Source: an uncultured Methanolobus sp. (GTDB lineage Archaea > Halobacteriota > Methanosarcinia > Methanosarcinales > Methanosarcinaceae). From it: a stretch of DNA of 64,000 bases. The notes beneath the pieces are model-generated. The model did no database searches. It was given only the letters and a program-made list of their open reading frames with translations, and was not told the origin of the DNA. The stretch's first letter is position 1; each line of letters opens with the position of its first letter. Below are positions 20,441 through 32,119 of the stretch, piece by piece. Location: positions 704,001 through 768,000 of the forward strand of contig OY776215.1 of the NCBI GenBank assembly GCA_963675495.1, given 5' to 3'. The position numbers were made by a program, and so were the translations under genes.

Positions 20441-21607
20441 ATGAAAGAAAAAATGCGAATTGCCATGTTCTCATGGGAAAGCCTTAATGCCGTGAAAGTT
20501 GGAGGACTGGCACCTCATGTGACCGAGTTATCTGAAGCCCTGGCATTGATGGGACATGACATCCATATATTCACCCGAAACAAAGACATGCTCCCCTATG
20601 AGGTAATAAATGATGTGCATTATCACCGTGTGTACCACGCTCTTGAAGGTGGCATAATACAACAGATGGACAGTATGTGCGATGCCATGTATACAGCTTT
20701 TGTTGATGCCTCTGAAATTTTTGGCGATTTTGACCTGACACACGTGCATGACTGGCACCCCGTGAACCTTGTGTGCAGATTGAAAGAGGAATATAGTATT
20801 CCTTTTGTGATCACCTATCACAGCACAGAGTGGGGAAGGAACGGGAATCAGCATGGCAACTGGTGGGAAGCTATGGAGATCAGCCACCGTGAATGGAGAG
20901 GAGGATATGAATCATCCCGTGTAATAGCCACAGCCACAATTTTTAAAAATGAGATACAGCACCTTTATCAAATACCTGATGACAAAATATCCATCGTACC
21001 TAATGGAATACATGAGAACAAGATGCAAATGGATGTGGACCCTGGCAAGGTCAAATCGGAATACGGAATTCATCCATACGCCCCTGTTGTCCTTTTCGTG
21101 GGAAGGATGAATTATCAGAAAGGACCTGACCTTTTAGTACAGGCTATCCCTGAGGTACTTGCAAGCAGATGGGATGCAAAGTTTGTCATTATAGGTGAAG
21201 GTGAGATGAGACCTGAATGTGAACGGATAGCAAATGACCTTAATATAAAGGATAGCTGTCACTTTTTAGGTTATGTAGATGAATCCGTTAAGCTAAAATG
21301 GATGAATGCCTGCAACCTCATCTGTGTTCCAAGCCGCAATGAACCATTTGGAATAGTCCTGCTTGAAGCATGGGATGTTAGTAAGAATATCGTTGCGACA
21401 AATGCAATATCGCTTATAGACAACTTCAAGGATGGAGTCATAGTCTACCAGAAACCTGAATCCATTGCATGGGGAATCAAACATGTATTTGATAATTATA
21501 CTGATGATCAGCTTGGAAAAGAAGGTAAGAAGCTGATCGGAACCAGATATAATTGGAACAATATAGCTGAAATGACCATGAAAGTATACACCGACATGAT
21601 GCCGTAG
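20441..21607 (+). CDS. GT4 family glycosyltransferase (glycogen-associated)
   Basis: FSWES..VGGL, HVHDWH, GRM..QKG, SRNEPFGIVLLEA. Confidence 0.92.
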   Translation: MKEKMRIAMFSWESLNAVKVGGLAPHVTELSEALALMGHDIHIFTRNKDMLPYEVINDVHYHRVYHALEGGIIQQMDSMCDAMYTAFVDASEIFGDFDLTHVHDWHPVNLVCRLKEEYSIPFVITYHSTEWGRNGNQHGNWWEAMEISHREWRGGYESSRVIATATIFKNEIQHLYQIPDDKISIVPNGIHENKMQMDVDPGKVKSEYGIHPYAPVVLFVGRMNYQKGPDLLVQAIPEVLASRWDAKFVIIGEGEMRPECERIANDLNIKDSCHFLGYVDESVKLKWMNACNLICVPSRNEPFGIVLLEAWDVSKNIVATNAISLIDNFKDGVIVYQKPESIAWGIKHVFDNYTDDQLGKEGKKLIGTRYNWNNIAEMTMKVYTDMMP

Positions 21608-21671
21608 GTATGCTTTTATTAATCAGTGGCTATCTTTTTCTAAAATATCAAAGAACAAATTGGATACTATC

Positions 21672-22736
21672 ATGAGAAAATTCGGAAATAATGTCTCAAG
21701 GAAAATTGGATTGGCACCAGGTTCCTTAGTTCATATTGGTGAAGAAAGGACCGAGAAACCAAAGATAACCATAATAGATTACGATAGGGACAACTATCAG
21801 GAAAAAGTAGTTGAAAGTGTAGAGGAATGTTTCCCATTTAAGGATAATCCTACCGTTTCGTGGATAAATGTTGATGGAATCCATCAGGTGGACATCATTG
21901 AAAAGCTGGGAACTCATTTTGGACTGCATCCACTTGTTATGGAGGATATAGTCCATACAAGCCAGAGACCGAAAATGGAGGATTATGATTCCTACATATA
22001 CGTCGTCCTTAAAATGCTCTGGTTTGAAGATGGCGATACGGATGTGAAGACTGAGCAGGTAAGCATTATACTTGGCCAGAATTATGTCATATCCTTCCAG
22101 GAGGTTGAAGGCGATACATTCAAATTCATAAGAGAACGCCTCCGGAATGCTAAAGGTAGAATACGCACCATGGGTGCTGATTACCTGGCCTATACAATTC
22201 TTGATTCTATAGTTGACAACTACTTTATAATTATTGAAAGATTTGGAGAAGTAATTGAGGAACTGGAAGAGGAACTGATAGAGAACCCATCCCCTGAAAT
22301 CCTCCAAAGTATTCATGAGCTCAAGAAGGAAATGATATACCTTCGCAAGTCCGTGTGGCCACTTCGTGAAGTGATAAACGGTCTTGAAAGAACGGAATCA
22401 TCCCTGTTTCAGGATTCGACCTTCGCATTCCTTAGAGATGTTTACGACCACACTATACAGGTGGCAGATGCAATTGAAACATATCGAGACGTACTCTCAG
22501 GGATATTAGATGTGTATCTTTCAAGTGTAAGCAATAAGATGAATGAAGTAATGAAAACACTCACGATCATAGCAACTATCTTCATACCGCTTACCTTCGT
22601 TGCCGGAATGTATGGTATGAATTTCTCTTATATACCAGAGCTTGGGTGGAAATGGGGATATCCTGCCGTCTGGGTTATCAATATATTGATATTCTTATCC
22701 ATGTACATGTACTTCCGTAAAAAGAACTGGTTATAA
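21672..22736 (+). CDS. corA: Magnesium/cobalt transporter CorA
   Basis: GLHPL..EDI, QRPK, TFVAGMYGMNF signature. Confidence 0.96.
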   Translation: MRKFGNNVSRKIGLAPGSLVHIGEERTEKPKITIIDYDRDNYQEKVVESVEECFPFKDNPTVSWINVDGIHQVDIIEKLGTHFGLHPLVMEDIVHTSQRPKMEDYDSYIYVVLKMLWFEDGDTDVKTEQVSIILGQNYVISFQEVEGDTFKFIRERLRNAKGRIRTMGADYLAYTILDSIVDNYFIIIERFGEVIEELEEELIENPSPEILQSIHELKKEMIYLRKSVWPLREVINGLERTESSLFQDSTFAFLRDVYDHTIQVADAIETYRDVLSGILDVYLSSVSNKMNEVMKTLTIIATIFIPLTFVAGMYGMNFSYIPELGWKWGYPAVWVINILIFLSMYMYFRKKNWL

Positions 22737-22760
22737 TCATAAAAAGGATGCAGATAAAAA

Positions 22761-23474
22761 ATGTTCGATACATATCATCCACCATTCACTGCAGAAGTTG
22801 AAGATACTGCAATTACAGTTGAAAAACAAGAAAACAACCTGATATATAGACGTATGTCCAAGGGAGAAGAGGAAACAGAACTCGTATTACTCAATAATGA
22901 CGGTGATATTCTTATAAATCCTATTGAACCTGTAAATTTGCCCAAAAAACTCACATCATTCCTACTTATAGATTTTAAACGTCCCGCCCTGATACGTCCA
23001 GGTGACAGAAAAAAAATATACCTGACCTTCCCCGTGGAGATCGGAATATTCGTTTTAGATAAGGCGGGAAACTATGAAATTATTGATGTTTTCACATTTT
23101 CCAGGGTCAAATTCACACTTTACGGAAGCCACAATCATGGACTCATCTGCAGGCACTGGGAAAGTGATGTATTCACCAAGATCCCGGAAACAAATGTACT
23201 CCATGAAGGCTACATAGAACTTGAGATAATCAATGATTCAAACCATCTGATGGAGGTAACAAAAGCCGTATTCAATGCCTATGGAATGAAAATCTACTAT
23301 GGCAAAAAGAGAATTGTTATGAATGCTTCCATGAGAATCATAAATAAACTCCTGGCTGAAACGGATTTCAATACAATTCCAACCACTTCAAGATTCAAAA
23401 GGTCAATGGAGATCTATACTTCACGCAAGCTCATAATCAATGGAACTAAAGGAATTATGGAGTTTGGCTTATGA
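22761..23474 (+). CDS. DUF432 family protein
   Basis: INPIEPVNLP, FPVEIG, KFTLYG...GLICR; sits next to MscS. Confidence 0.75.
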   Translation: MFDTYHPPFTAEVEDTAITVEKQENNLIYRRMSKGEEETELVLLNNDGDILINPIEPVNLPKKLTSFLLIDFKRPALIRPGDRKKIYLTFPVEIGIFVLDKAGNYEIIDVFTFSRVKFTLYGSHNHGLICRHWESDVFTKIPETNVLHEGYIELEIINDSNHLMEVTKAVFNAYGMKIYYGKKRIVMNASMRIINKLLAETDFNTIPTTSRFKRSMEIYTSRKLIINGTKGIMEFGL

Positions 23475-24358
23475 GCAACAGCACTATTTCGCAGTATCTC
23501 CCACCAGTGTCTGATCCTTTCCTTCAGGTTATCACGGTCATTATCACACTTTTTTTGGCCATTGTAATTGGCAAAGGTATAACGATATACCTGGAAAGAA
23601 CGCTTAAAGACAAGATGGACAAAGAGTACCTCAATATTATGCTCAAGATCATCTACTACGGAATAATAATCTTTGCAATAATAGGATTCATTTTCCCTTT
23701 ACTTCAAATTGACACTTCTGGCTTGCTTGTTGCTGGTGGTGTTGTGGGTATAGTCGTTGGTTTTGCCAGTCAGAGCATAATGGGTAATTTTATATCCGGC
23801 GTTTTTTTGATGATCGAACGTCCTATTAAGATAGGAGACCAGGTAAATATCGATAACAAAATGGGATATGTTGAAGATATCAAAATAATATCAACTATAA
23901 TCCGCACATTTGACGGACTCTATGTAAGACTGCCTAATGAGACAGTTTTTACCACCAGCATCACAAACTATGTAGCAAATCTTGCTAGAAGATTTGAATA
24001 CATTGTAGGTATCCGCTATAATGACGATGCCGATGAAGCTATAAAGATAATCGAGGACCTCATAGAACAGGAACCTTATGCACTGGTTAATCCTTCCCCG
24101 AGAGTATTTGTAGATACCCTTGGAGATAACGCAGTCAATATATCAGTGAAAATATGGGCTCCTGCAACTGAATGGTATGATCTGAGAACAAAACTGCTCT
24201 GGATAATCAAAAAGACACTTGAGGAGAATGGAATAGAGATAGCCTTCCCACAAAGAACTGTCTGGTTTGCCAGCGATCTTAATACAAGGAATATCCACAC
24301 TAACTACGTGGAAAATGGAATGGATAACGATATCAACCCGGGAATGAATGAAACATGA
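23471..24358 (+). CDS. mscS: Small-conductance mechanosensitive channel
   Basis: GFASQ...NFISG, ERPIKIGD, LPN, IEIAFPQR. Confidence 0.95.
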   Translation: MSNSTISQYLPPVSDPFLQVITVIITLFLAIVIGKGITIYLERTLKDKMDKEYLNIMLKIIYYGIIIFAIIGFIFPLLQIDTSGLLVAGGVVGIVVGFASQSIMGNFISGVFLMIERPIKIGDQVNIDNKMGYVEDIKIISTIIRTFDGLYVRLPNETVFTTSITNYVANLARRFEYIVGIRYNDDADEAIKIIEDLIEQEPYALVNPSPRVFVDTLGDNAVNISVKIWAPATEWYDLRTKLLWIIKKTLEENGIEIAFPQRTVWFASDLNTRNIHTNYVENGMDNDINPGMNET

Positions 24359-25481
24359 AAGCCCTATGTATTTGTTTTGAGGTACATCTGCCCTTGCCCC
24401 TTCGCTGGTACTGGCCACGGGAGGGGTATGCTAAAGCCCATATTGAAAAATACTTTGACATGGAAAAGGCATTCCACAATTTCACAAAGCTTGCAGATAA
24501 TGTGGAAACACTTAACGATACTCTGTCAGAATCAATAAAAAACGGAGGGAAATACACCCTTGACGTGTCCGGTGTGTTCCTTGAGCAATGCAAATGGGCT
24601 CCTGAAGTGATTGATGGGTTCAGGAAGCTGGACCCGGAAAAAGTATCTTTTGCAGCTTCACCGTATTATCATTCAATAAGCTCAATGTTCCCTGATATGA
24701 AAGAATTCAGGGAACAGGTTGAGATGGACATAAAAATGATCAAGGAACTTTTTGGCAGGGAAACAACGACATTCGTGAACACCGAACTTCTTTTTGAACG
24801 AAGAGCAACAAAAGTCCTCAAAGAAATGGGATTCAACTGCTTCATATCGGAAGGTTCCCACAACATCATGAACGGCTACGATCCCACGCATGTTTATAGC
24901 AATCATGTACCCACACTCCTTCGACACATAAACCTGAGTGAAGATCTGGAGATCAAATTCTCTGATATGTCATGGTCAGGGTATCCACTGATAGCAGACA
25001 AGTTCGCATCATGGATAGCAAGTATGGATGGGGATGTGATAACCCTCTACATAAAATATGATGCTATCAACACTCACCTAAAGAAAAATAATGAAATACT
25101 TCAGTTCTTGAAAGATATCCCTGTGAGCCTTAAAAAACATGGGATTAAGATGCTTTTGCCTGAGGAGGCTGTGGGTATGTTCAAAAAGAAAGAATTGCCA
25201 TCCCTCGAGTCAAAGACGACAGCACGCTATGGCATGCATAACCTTCTGGGAAACCATGCGCAACACCTCTTCATGCATGAGCTTGTGGATATAGGAGAAC
25301 AGCTCAAAACCGTGAAAGATCCGGAAAAGAAAAAGGAACTGCTAAGGATATACCGCTATCTTCAGCAGAGCGAGATATTCCTGGAGATGAACTCTGAGGA
25401 AAGACGCCTTGGATATGAGAGAGCAGTGAACGATCTCTCGATACTTTCAGACATCGAACGTGCAGTACTGGAGGCAGGAAA

Positions 25482-25485
<4 letters not shown>
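24355..25485 (+). CDS. GH57 family protein, probably catalytically inactive
   Basis: Collinear with the neighbouring GH57 (FEVHLP, YYHS, FVNTE), but DYETFGEH is replaced by KYDAINTH. Confidence 0.85.
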
Positions 25486-26716
<1,231 letters not shown>

Positions 26717-26755
26717 TATTGCCTAAAGCCATATTATTTATCGGGAGTGTTGTGC

Positions 26756-27565
26756 ATGGTAAGAGATCTTTACATGTTCTCTAAGATTGATAAAGAAGCA
26801 GAAGTGGTCTGGTTCAAAGTCACATACGAGAACACAGTGCATTCTGAAGCGGACATAACATCTTTTTTTGCAGATAATGGACTTGACATCAGATTTGCAT
26901 ATCTTGATAGCTCGGAAGACCCTAGCAAAGGCAAGTATGTCATGTTCACTGAAGTTGAAAAGGGCAGGGACATCAAAAGTATTGCAGATGAACTTGGAAA
27001 AATGGACGTTGTACTTGACCTGAACTGGGGCTTTTCAAAGAACAGGGTAGTTCAGTCTGTGGAATTTCCCCTACATATACTGGGAGAAAGAGCCATTATA
27101 ATCAGGGCAAAGACCTTTGTGAATATTCTCAACATTATCAAGGAAAATGTGCCACAGTCGGAAGGACTACTAACCATAATAGGATTGAAGAGTGGAGCAG
27201 GTGTTGTAAAATACCTGAGGGATATGATCGATGTGAACGACAGCAACTTCCTCGACCTGTTAAAGGAACTTCTTATGGCCGCTGGATGGGGCATTCTCGA
27301 TTATGAAATGAATACTGTGGATAAGAAAGGAACTTTAAGGATCAGTGACTCGTTCATTGCTGATGACTACGAAGAAAGTGACGTCCCTACATGCGGATAT
27401 ATCAGTGGTTTTCTTGCCGGGTACATTTCCGAATCATTAAATACAACAGTCCAGGTCCACGAAACAATATGCAAAAGCATGGGCAATGGTTTCTGTGAAC
27501 ATCAGGTATCACCTGCTCCAAAAGACGTTCAGATAGAACATTTACTCCGGGGGGAATCGCATTGA
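26756..27565 (+). CDS. ACT-like + V4R domain small-molecule-binding protein
   Basis: AAGWG, CGYISGFLAG, VHETICKSMGNGFCEH (V4R); N-terminal ACT-like beta-alpha-beta pattern. Confidence 0.85.
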   Translation: MVRDLYMFSKIDKEAEVVWFKVTYENTVHSEADITSFFADNGLDIRFAYLDSSEDPSKGKYVMFTEVEKGRDIKSIADELGKMDVVLDLNWGFSKNRVVQSVEFPLHILGERAIIIRAKTFVNILNIIKENVPQSEGLLTIIGLKSGAGVVKYLRDMIDVNDSNFLDLLKELLMAAGWGILDYEMNTVDKKGTLRISDSFIADDYEESDVPTCGYISGFLAGYISESLNTTVQVHETICKSMGNGFCEHQVSPAPKDVQIEHLLRGESH

Positions 27566-29526
27566 TACGACAACCCAACGCAATTCTTGGCAATGAAAGA
27601 TTACTTGTGACTGTCGGGAAAAAAGGCGAGATATTCGGATATTATTTTCCAGGGAGGGATTTCGCCCAACACGTAGAAGAGTCACAGGCCTGCCTGCACG
27701 ACGGAAAAAATCTCATTTGGTCAAACGCCCGGGAATGGGTAGCTGATCAGAAATACATAGAAAATACAAATATAGTAACTACTGAGCTTATACACCCATC
27801 AGGCCTTGTCATGAATATCACAGATTTTGTTCATCCTACCCTGCCTGTACTTGTGCGCAAATACAAGATAAGTTCTAAGAAAAAATTCAGCGGGAAGTTC
27901 TTCTATTACTCAAACCTCAAGGTTGGGGAGATGAACAAAAAGAACTCAGCTTTCTGCGACTATGACTCCGGTCTGCTGGGGCAGTACTGGAAGAATTACT
28001 ATGTGGGCATAAGTTCCAGTCCCATGTTCGAAGAGTGGCAGGTTGGAAAAGCCATGGACACTATCTGGTGGACAAATGCCAAATACGACATGGAAGACGG
28101 AGAGCTCCAGAGAAATCATGAAGATATAGGTAATCTGAACTGTTCTATCGGATGGAAACTGGATATTGATGCTTCAAAACCTGCTGAGATCACAGTATTC
28201 ATTGGTGCAGCTTCAAGAAGACCGGCACTTTACAGGCGAATGCGAGAGGTGCAGAGTGAAGCTGTTGAGAACATGTACAATGAGACACAGGAGAAATGGG
28301 TCAAATGGCTATCAAAGAAAAAACTTCTTGAAATACCTGAATATCCTGGTTTTGAAACATTCAGGCAGGACCTGTTCAAAGCTTTTAACCGCTCATTGCT
28401 TGCGTTAAGTATACTCAATGACTCCAGCAAAGGTTCATTTGTGGCTGCCCCTGAATTCGATCATGAATTCGAAAAGAGTGGAGGCTATGGGTACTGCTGG
28501 AACAGGGACAGTGCAGAGATCGTCACTTCACTGCTGGAAGCAGGATATCCCGAATATTGTGCCCGTTTCTTCAAGTGGTGCAAAACTACCCAGCTCCAGG
28601 ACGGTTCATGGTTCCAGCGTTACTGGCTCGATGGGAACACCGCACCTTCATGGGGAAATTTCAGTTTCTCAACCCAGATCGATGAGACTGGTTCCACTAT
28701 CTTTGCAATGGATACTTATTACCGTACGCTAGAACAACCCATTAAAGCGGAGTTTTTGGACAGTGTGTGGGCAACCGTGCTGTCCGCTGCAGAATATCTT
28801 ATGAGAAGAACTGCCGAAGGCCTTCATGAACCCTGCATCTGCCTATGGGAGACTTATTCCGGAATATTCACTTACACTAATGCCGCCATATATGCCGGGC
28901 TAATGGGAGCAGCAAACATGGCGATGGATTACAATGAGAAAGGACTTGCAGACAGGTGGATAGAGAGAGCTGAGTTTATCAAGAGTACCACCATCGACAA
29001 ATTGTGGCTTGATGAAGGTTATTTTGCCCGTGGAATACTCCACGGAAAAGTCGACACTGCCATTGATGCAAGTATAATCGGTACCGTCGTTCCTTTCAAT
29101 ATGCTATCACCTAGTGATGAAAAAGAAAAAGAGATGATAGAGTCCATAATAAAGAATATTGAGAAGCAGCTCAGGGTGCCTGTAAATGATCATTTTGGGA
29201 TAAAGAGATATGTGGACGATAAATATATCGATGGCAATCCCTGGATAGTCACAACCCTGTGGCTGTCAAAAGCATTGCTTGAGATGGCAATAACCATTGA
29301 TAACACAGAAAAAGAAGAAATGAAAACATTGACCAATGATGCCTTAAAATATATCAAATGGTCATTGAAAGGTACGACCGGAGCAGGAATGCTGCCTGAA
29401 CAGGTCAACAAATACACAGGCAGACCTGCATGGGCCATACCACTTAGCTGGAGTTGTGCATTGATGCTTGACAACATCCTCCTGCTTGACAAACTCCAGA
29501 AGAAACTGTCTGGTAAAAAGATATGA
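27562..29526 (+). CDS. GH15 glucoamylase family protein
   Basis: YGYCWNRD, QIDETG, LWE, GIKRY..D.Y..GNPW, LPEQ, PLSWS. Confidence 0.93.
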   Translation: MIRQPNAILGNERLLVTVGKKGEIFGYYFPGRDFAQHVEESQACLHDGKNLIWSNAREWVADQKYIENTNIVTTELIHPSGLVMNITDFVHPTLPVLVRKYKISSKKKFSGKFFYYSNLKVGEMNKKNSAFCDYDSGLLGQYWKNYYVGISSSPMFEEWQVGKAMDTIWWTNAKYDMEDGELQRNHEDIGNLNCSIGWKLDIDASKPAEITVFIGAASRRPALYRRMREVQSEAVENMYNETQEKWVKWLSKKKLLEIPEYPGFETFRQDLFKAFNRSLLALSILNDSSKGSFVAAPEFDHEFEKSGGYGYCWNRDSAEIVTSLLEAGYPEYCARFFKWCKTTQLQDGSWFQRYWLDGNTAPSWGNFSFSTQIDETGSTIFAMDTYYRTLEQPIKAEFLDSVWATVLSAAEYLMRRTAEGLHEPCICLWETYSGIFTYTNAAIYAGLMGAANMAMDYNEKGLADRWIERAEFIKSTTIDKLWLDEGYFARGILHGKVDTAIDASIIGTVVPFNMLSPSDEKEKEMIESIIKNIEKQLRVPVNDHFGIKRYVDDKYIDGNPWIVTTLWLSKALLEMAITIDNTEKEEMKTLTNDALKYIKWSLKGTTGAGMLPEQVNKYTGRPAWAIPLSWSCALMLDNILLLDKLQKKLSGKKI

Positions 29527-31505
29527 AACTACCTGTTGTAACGGGACAATTCATGAACTACGCTGACTACATAGCGGGAACAAGAAAGGAATGGATAATT
29601 ACCAATGGCCTCGGAGGATATGCTTCCTCCACAGTTATAGGGGCGAACACACGTAAGTACCACGGCCTGTTGATAGCTTCGGTGAACCCTCCCGTTGATA
29701 GAAAACTTCTGCTTTCATCCCTTGATGAGGAACTGATCATTGGAGAGAATATCCATAAACTTTCAGTACATAACTATCATGGTGCAGTTTATCCCCACGG
29801 CAACGAATATCTTGAAACTTTCAGGTCGGACCCCCATCCTGCTTTTCTGTATAGTGTAGCCGGAATGAAGGTCAAAAAACAAATTATGATGATATATGGT
29901 GAAAACACCACTATCGTAAAGTATGAAATTAACAATCCTTCAGGCGAGCATGGAATCTTCAGGATACTACCTCTTGTTAATAGCAGGTCTATCCACCACA
30001 TGACAAATGCAAAAGGACTTTCCTTCAGACAAGAAAAATCCTCATGCGGAACTATACTTACCTGCGGAGATTCTTCATTCCAGATATGCTCTGACCTGCC
30101 TTACGAAGCTGATGAACATTGGTACTACAATTTTGAATACGAAGTGGAACTTTTAAGAGGATATCCTCACATTGAAGATAACTTTAATCCGGGATACTTC
30201 GATCTGGAAATAAATGACACTGATATTTCCTGTTTCATCGTGGCAGCGACTGAGCTGGATAAAGACTTGGATATGAAAAAAGTGCTGGAACTTTTCAAGA
30301 ATGAAGAAAAACGAAACGAAGAGCCTGTAAAGAGAAACATAAAAGAAGATGTTTTCTTACGAAAACTCACTATTGCAGGTGACTCTTTCGTAGTTGAACG
30401 AAGGTCAACAGGATCAAGATCAATTATTGCCGGTTATCACTGGTTCGCAGACTGGGGAAGGGATACAATGATATCACTTCCGGGCCTGACGCTTGCAACT
30501 GGAAGATTTAATGACGCAAGATCCATACTTTCTACTTTTGCGGCTCACTGTAAAGATGGGCTTATACCCAATCTATTCCCGGAAAATGCATCTGAATCAC
30601 CGGTATATAACACCGTTGACGCATCCCTGTGGTTTGTCCATGCCGTTGGAAGATACCTGGATTATACGGGTGACATTGACTTTGCTGAAAGTATGTGGCC
30701 AACTATTGAAAGCATACTGGACCATTATCGCACTGGAACTATCTATGATATCAAAATGGATGATGACGGTCTGATAGAACATGCAGGACAGCTTACCTGG
30801 ATGGATGCAAAGATAGGAAACTGGGAAGTTACACCACGAAGAGGAAAAGCATGTGAAATAAATGCTCTCTGGTACAATGCACTGGTGTATGCAACAAAAA
30901 TAGGAAAACATCTTGAAATGGATGTTTCCGGTTACCATGAAATTGCAGCATTAGCAAAAAGAAGTTTTACAGAAAAATTCTGGAATGATGAAAAAAGTTG
31001 CCTTTATGACTGCATTTCAGGTTTTGGAGATAGCAGCGAAAAGGATGCTGCTATCAGACCAAACCAGATATTTGCAGTTTCTCTTCCTCATACTGTGCTT
31101 TCTCATGAAATGGAAAAAGGTATTGTGGATGTAATAACTGAAGAATTACTGACACCTTATGGACTAAGGACACTGTCACCAGATGATAGCAGGTATGCTG
31201 GCTTGTACAAAGGAAATCCAGAAACCAGAGATGCTGTCTATCATAATGGTACCGTATGGACATGGTTACTTGGCTCTTATGTAACTGCTTATGCTAAAGT
31301 GTACAAGAACCTGCCTGATCTGGAAAATAGACTCAGAGCTTTCCTGCATATGATAGAAAAACACTTGGATGAAGCATGTATCGGCACGATATCAGAGGTA
31401 TTCGATGGCGACATGCCATACAATCCGGGTGGATGCGTATCACAGGCATGGAGTGTGGCTGAAATAACACGCTGCTATGTTGAAGATATTTTATCGGAGC
31501 ACTAA
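29523..31505 (+). CDS. Amylo-alpha-1,6-glucosidase (glycogen debranching enzyme)
   Basis: EWIITNGLGGY, AGYHWFADWGRDT, TWMDAK, EINALWYN, RPNQ, YHNGTVW, SQAWSVAE. Confidence 0.95.
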   Translation: MKLPVVTGQFMNYADYIAGTRKEWIITNGLGGYASSTVIGANTRKYHGLLIASVNPPVDRKLLLSSLDEELIIGENIHKLSVHNYHGAVYPHGNEYLETFRSDPHPAFLYSVAGMKVKKQIMMIYGENTTIVKYEINNPSGEHGIFRILPLVNSRSIHHMTNAKGLSFRQEKSSCGTILTCGDSSFQICSDLPYEADEHWYYNFEYEVELLRGYPHIEDNFNPGYFDLEINDTDISCFIVAATELDKDLDMKKVLELFKNEEKRNEEPVKRNIKEDVFLRKLTIAGDSFVVERRSTGSRSIIAGYHWFADWGRDTMISLPGLTLATGRFNDARSILSTFAAHCKDGLIPNLFPENASESPVYNTVDASLWFVHAVGRYLDYTGDIDFAESMWPTIESILDHYRTGTIYDIKMDDDGLIEHAGQLTWMDAKIGNWEVTPRRGKACEINALWYNALVYATKIGKHLEMDVSGYHEIAALAKRSFTEKFWNDEKSCLYDCISGFGDSSEKDAAIRPNQIFAVSLPHTVLSHEMEKGIVDVITEELLTPYGLRTLSPDDSRYAGLYKGNPETRDAVYHNGTVWTWLLGSYVTAYAKVYKNLPDLENRLRAFLHMIEKHLDEACIGTISEVFDGDMPYNPGGCVSQAWSVAEITRCYVEDILSEH

Positions 31506-31592
31506 GATATCCATTCGCAATCTTTATGAGAGGGTAAAATCATTTTTGTTATAAGGTTTTCGGGTTAATTTATGATATAAGTGAGTGGGATC

Positions 31593-31760
31593 ATGGAATC
31601 ACTTAGAATTGCAATGTTCTTATGGGAGAGCCTTCGTTCTGCAAAGGTCTGTGGGATGGAGCCTCATATAACCGAGCTATCAGATAAGCTAGTTGAAAAA
31701 AGTTCAACTGGGAAAACATTGCCAGAAACACGGTTCATGTTTATAGCAGAATTACACGGA
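31593..31760 (+). pseudogene. Internally deleted GT4 glycosyltransferase paralog
   Basis: N-terminus MESLRIAMFLWESLRSAKVCGMEPHITELS is joined (with a frameshift) to C-terminus KFNWENIARNTVHVY; both resemble the ends of 20441-21607. Confidence 0.85.
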
Positions 31761-31768
31761 GTGATAAA

Positions 31769-31981
31769 ATGGAAGAAATGTGTTTGAACATTGGTGAAGC
31801 AGCAGGTTGTGTCTACAGGCTGCTCGATAGTGGAGAATCGAATATGGCAAACCTGAAGAATCATCTCAAAGAAAACGGTTTTGATTCACAGGTAGCTTTT
31901 ATGGCTATAGGATGGCTTGCAAGAGAAGATAAGATATGCATGGCTAAGAACGGAAATTCCTGGTCTTTAAGTTTAAAGTGA
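31769..31981 (+). CDS. Small winged-helix protein (DUF2582 family)
   Basis: IGEAAGCVY..L, MAIGWLAREDKI. Confidence 0.88.
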   Translation: MEEMCLNIGEAAGCVYRLLDSGESNMANLKNHLKENGFDSQVAFMAIGWLAREDKICMAKNGNSWSLSLK

Positions 31982-32119
31982 AACAAGAAATCCATTTCTT
32001 ATGCGCATTTAAGTGCACAAATATAATGAGATTTAGGTTTTGAACATTAATTAATATATATTGTAATTTTAACATTCAAACACTTTTGTATAATTACAAA
32101 AGAATACAGAACTATAGGG

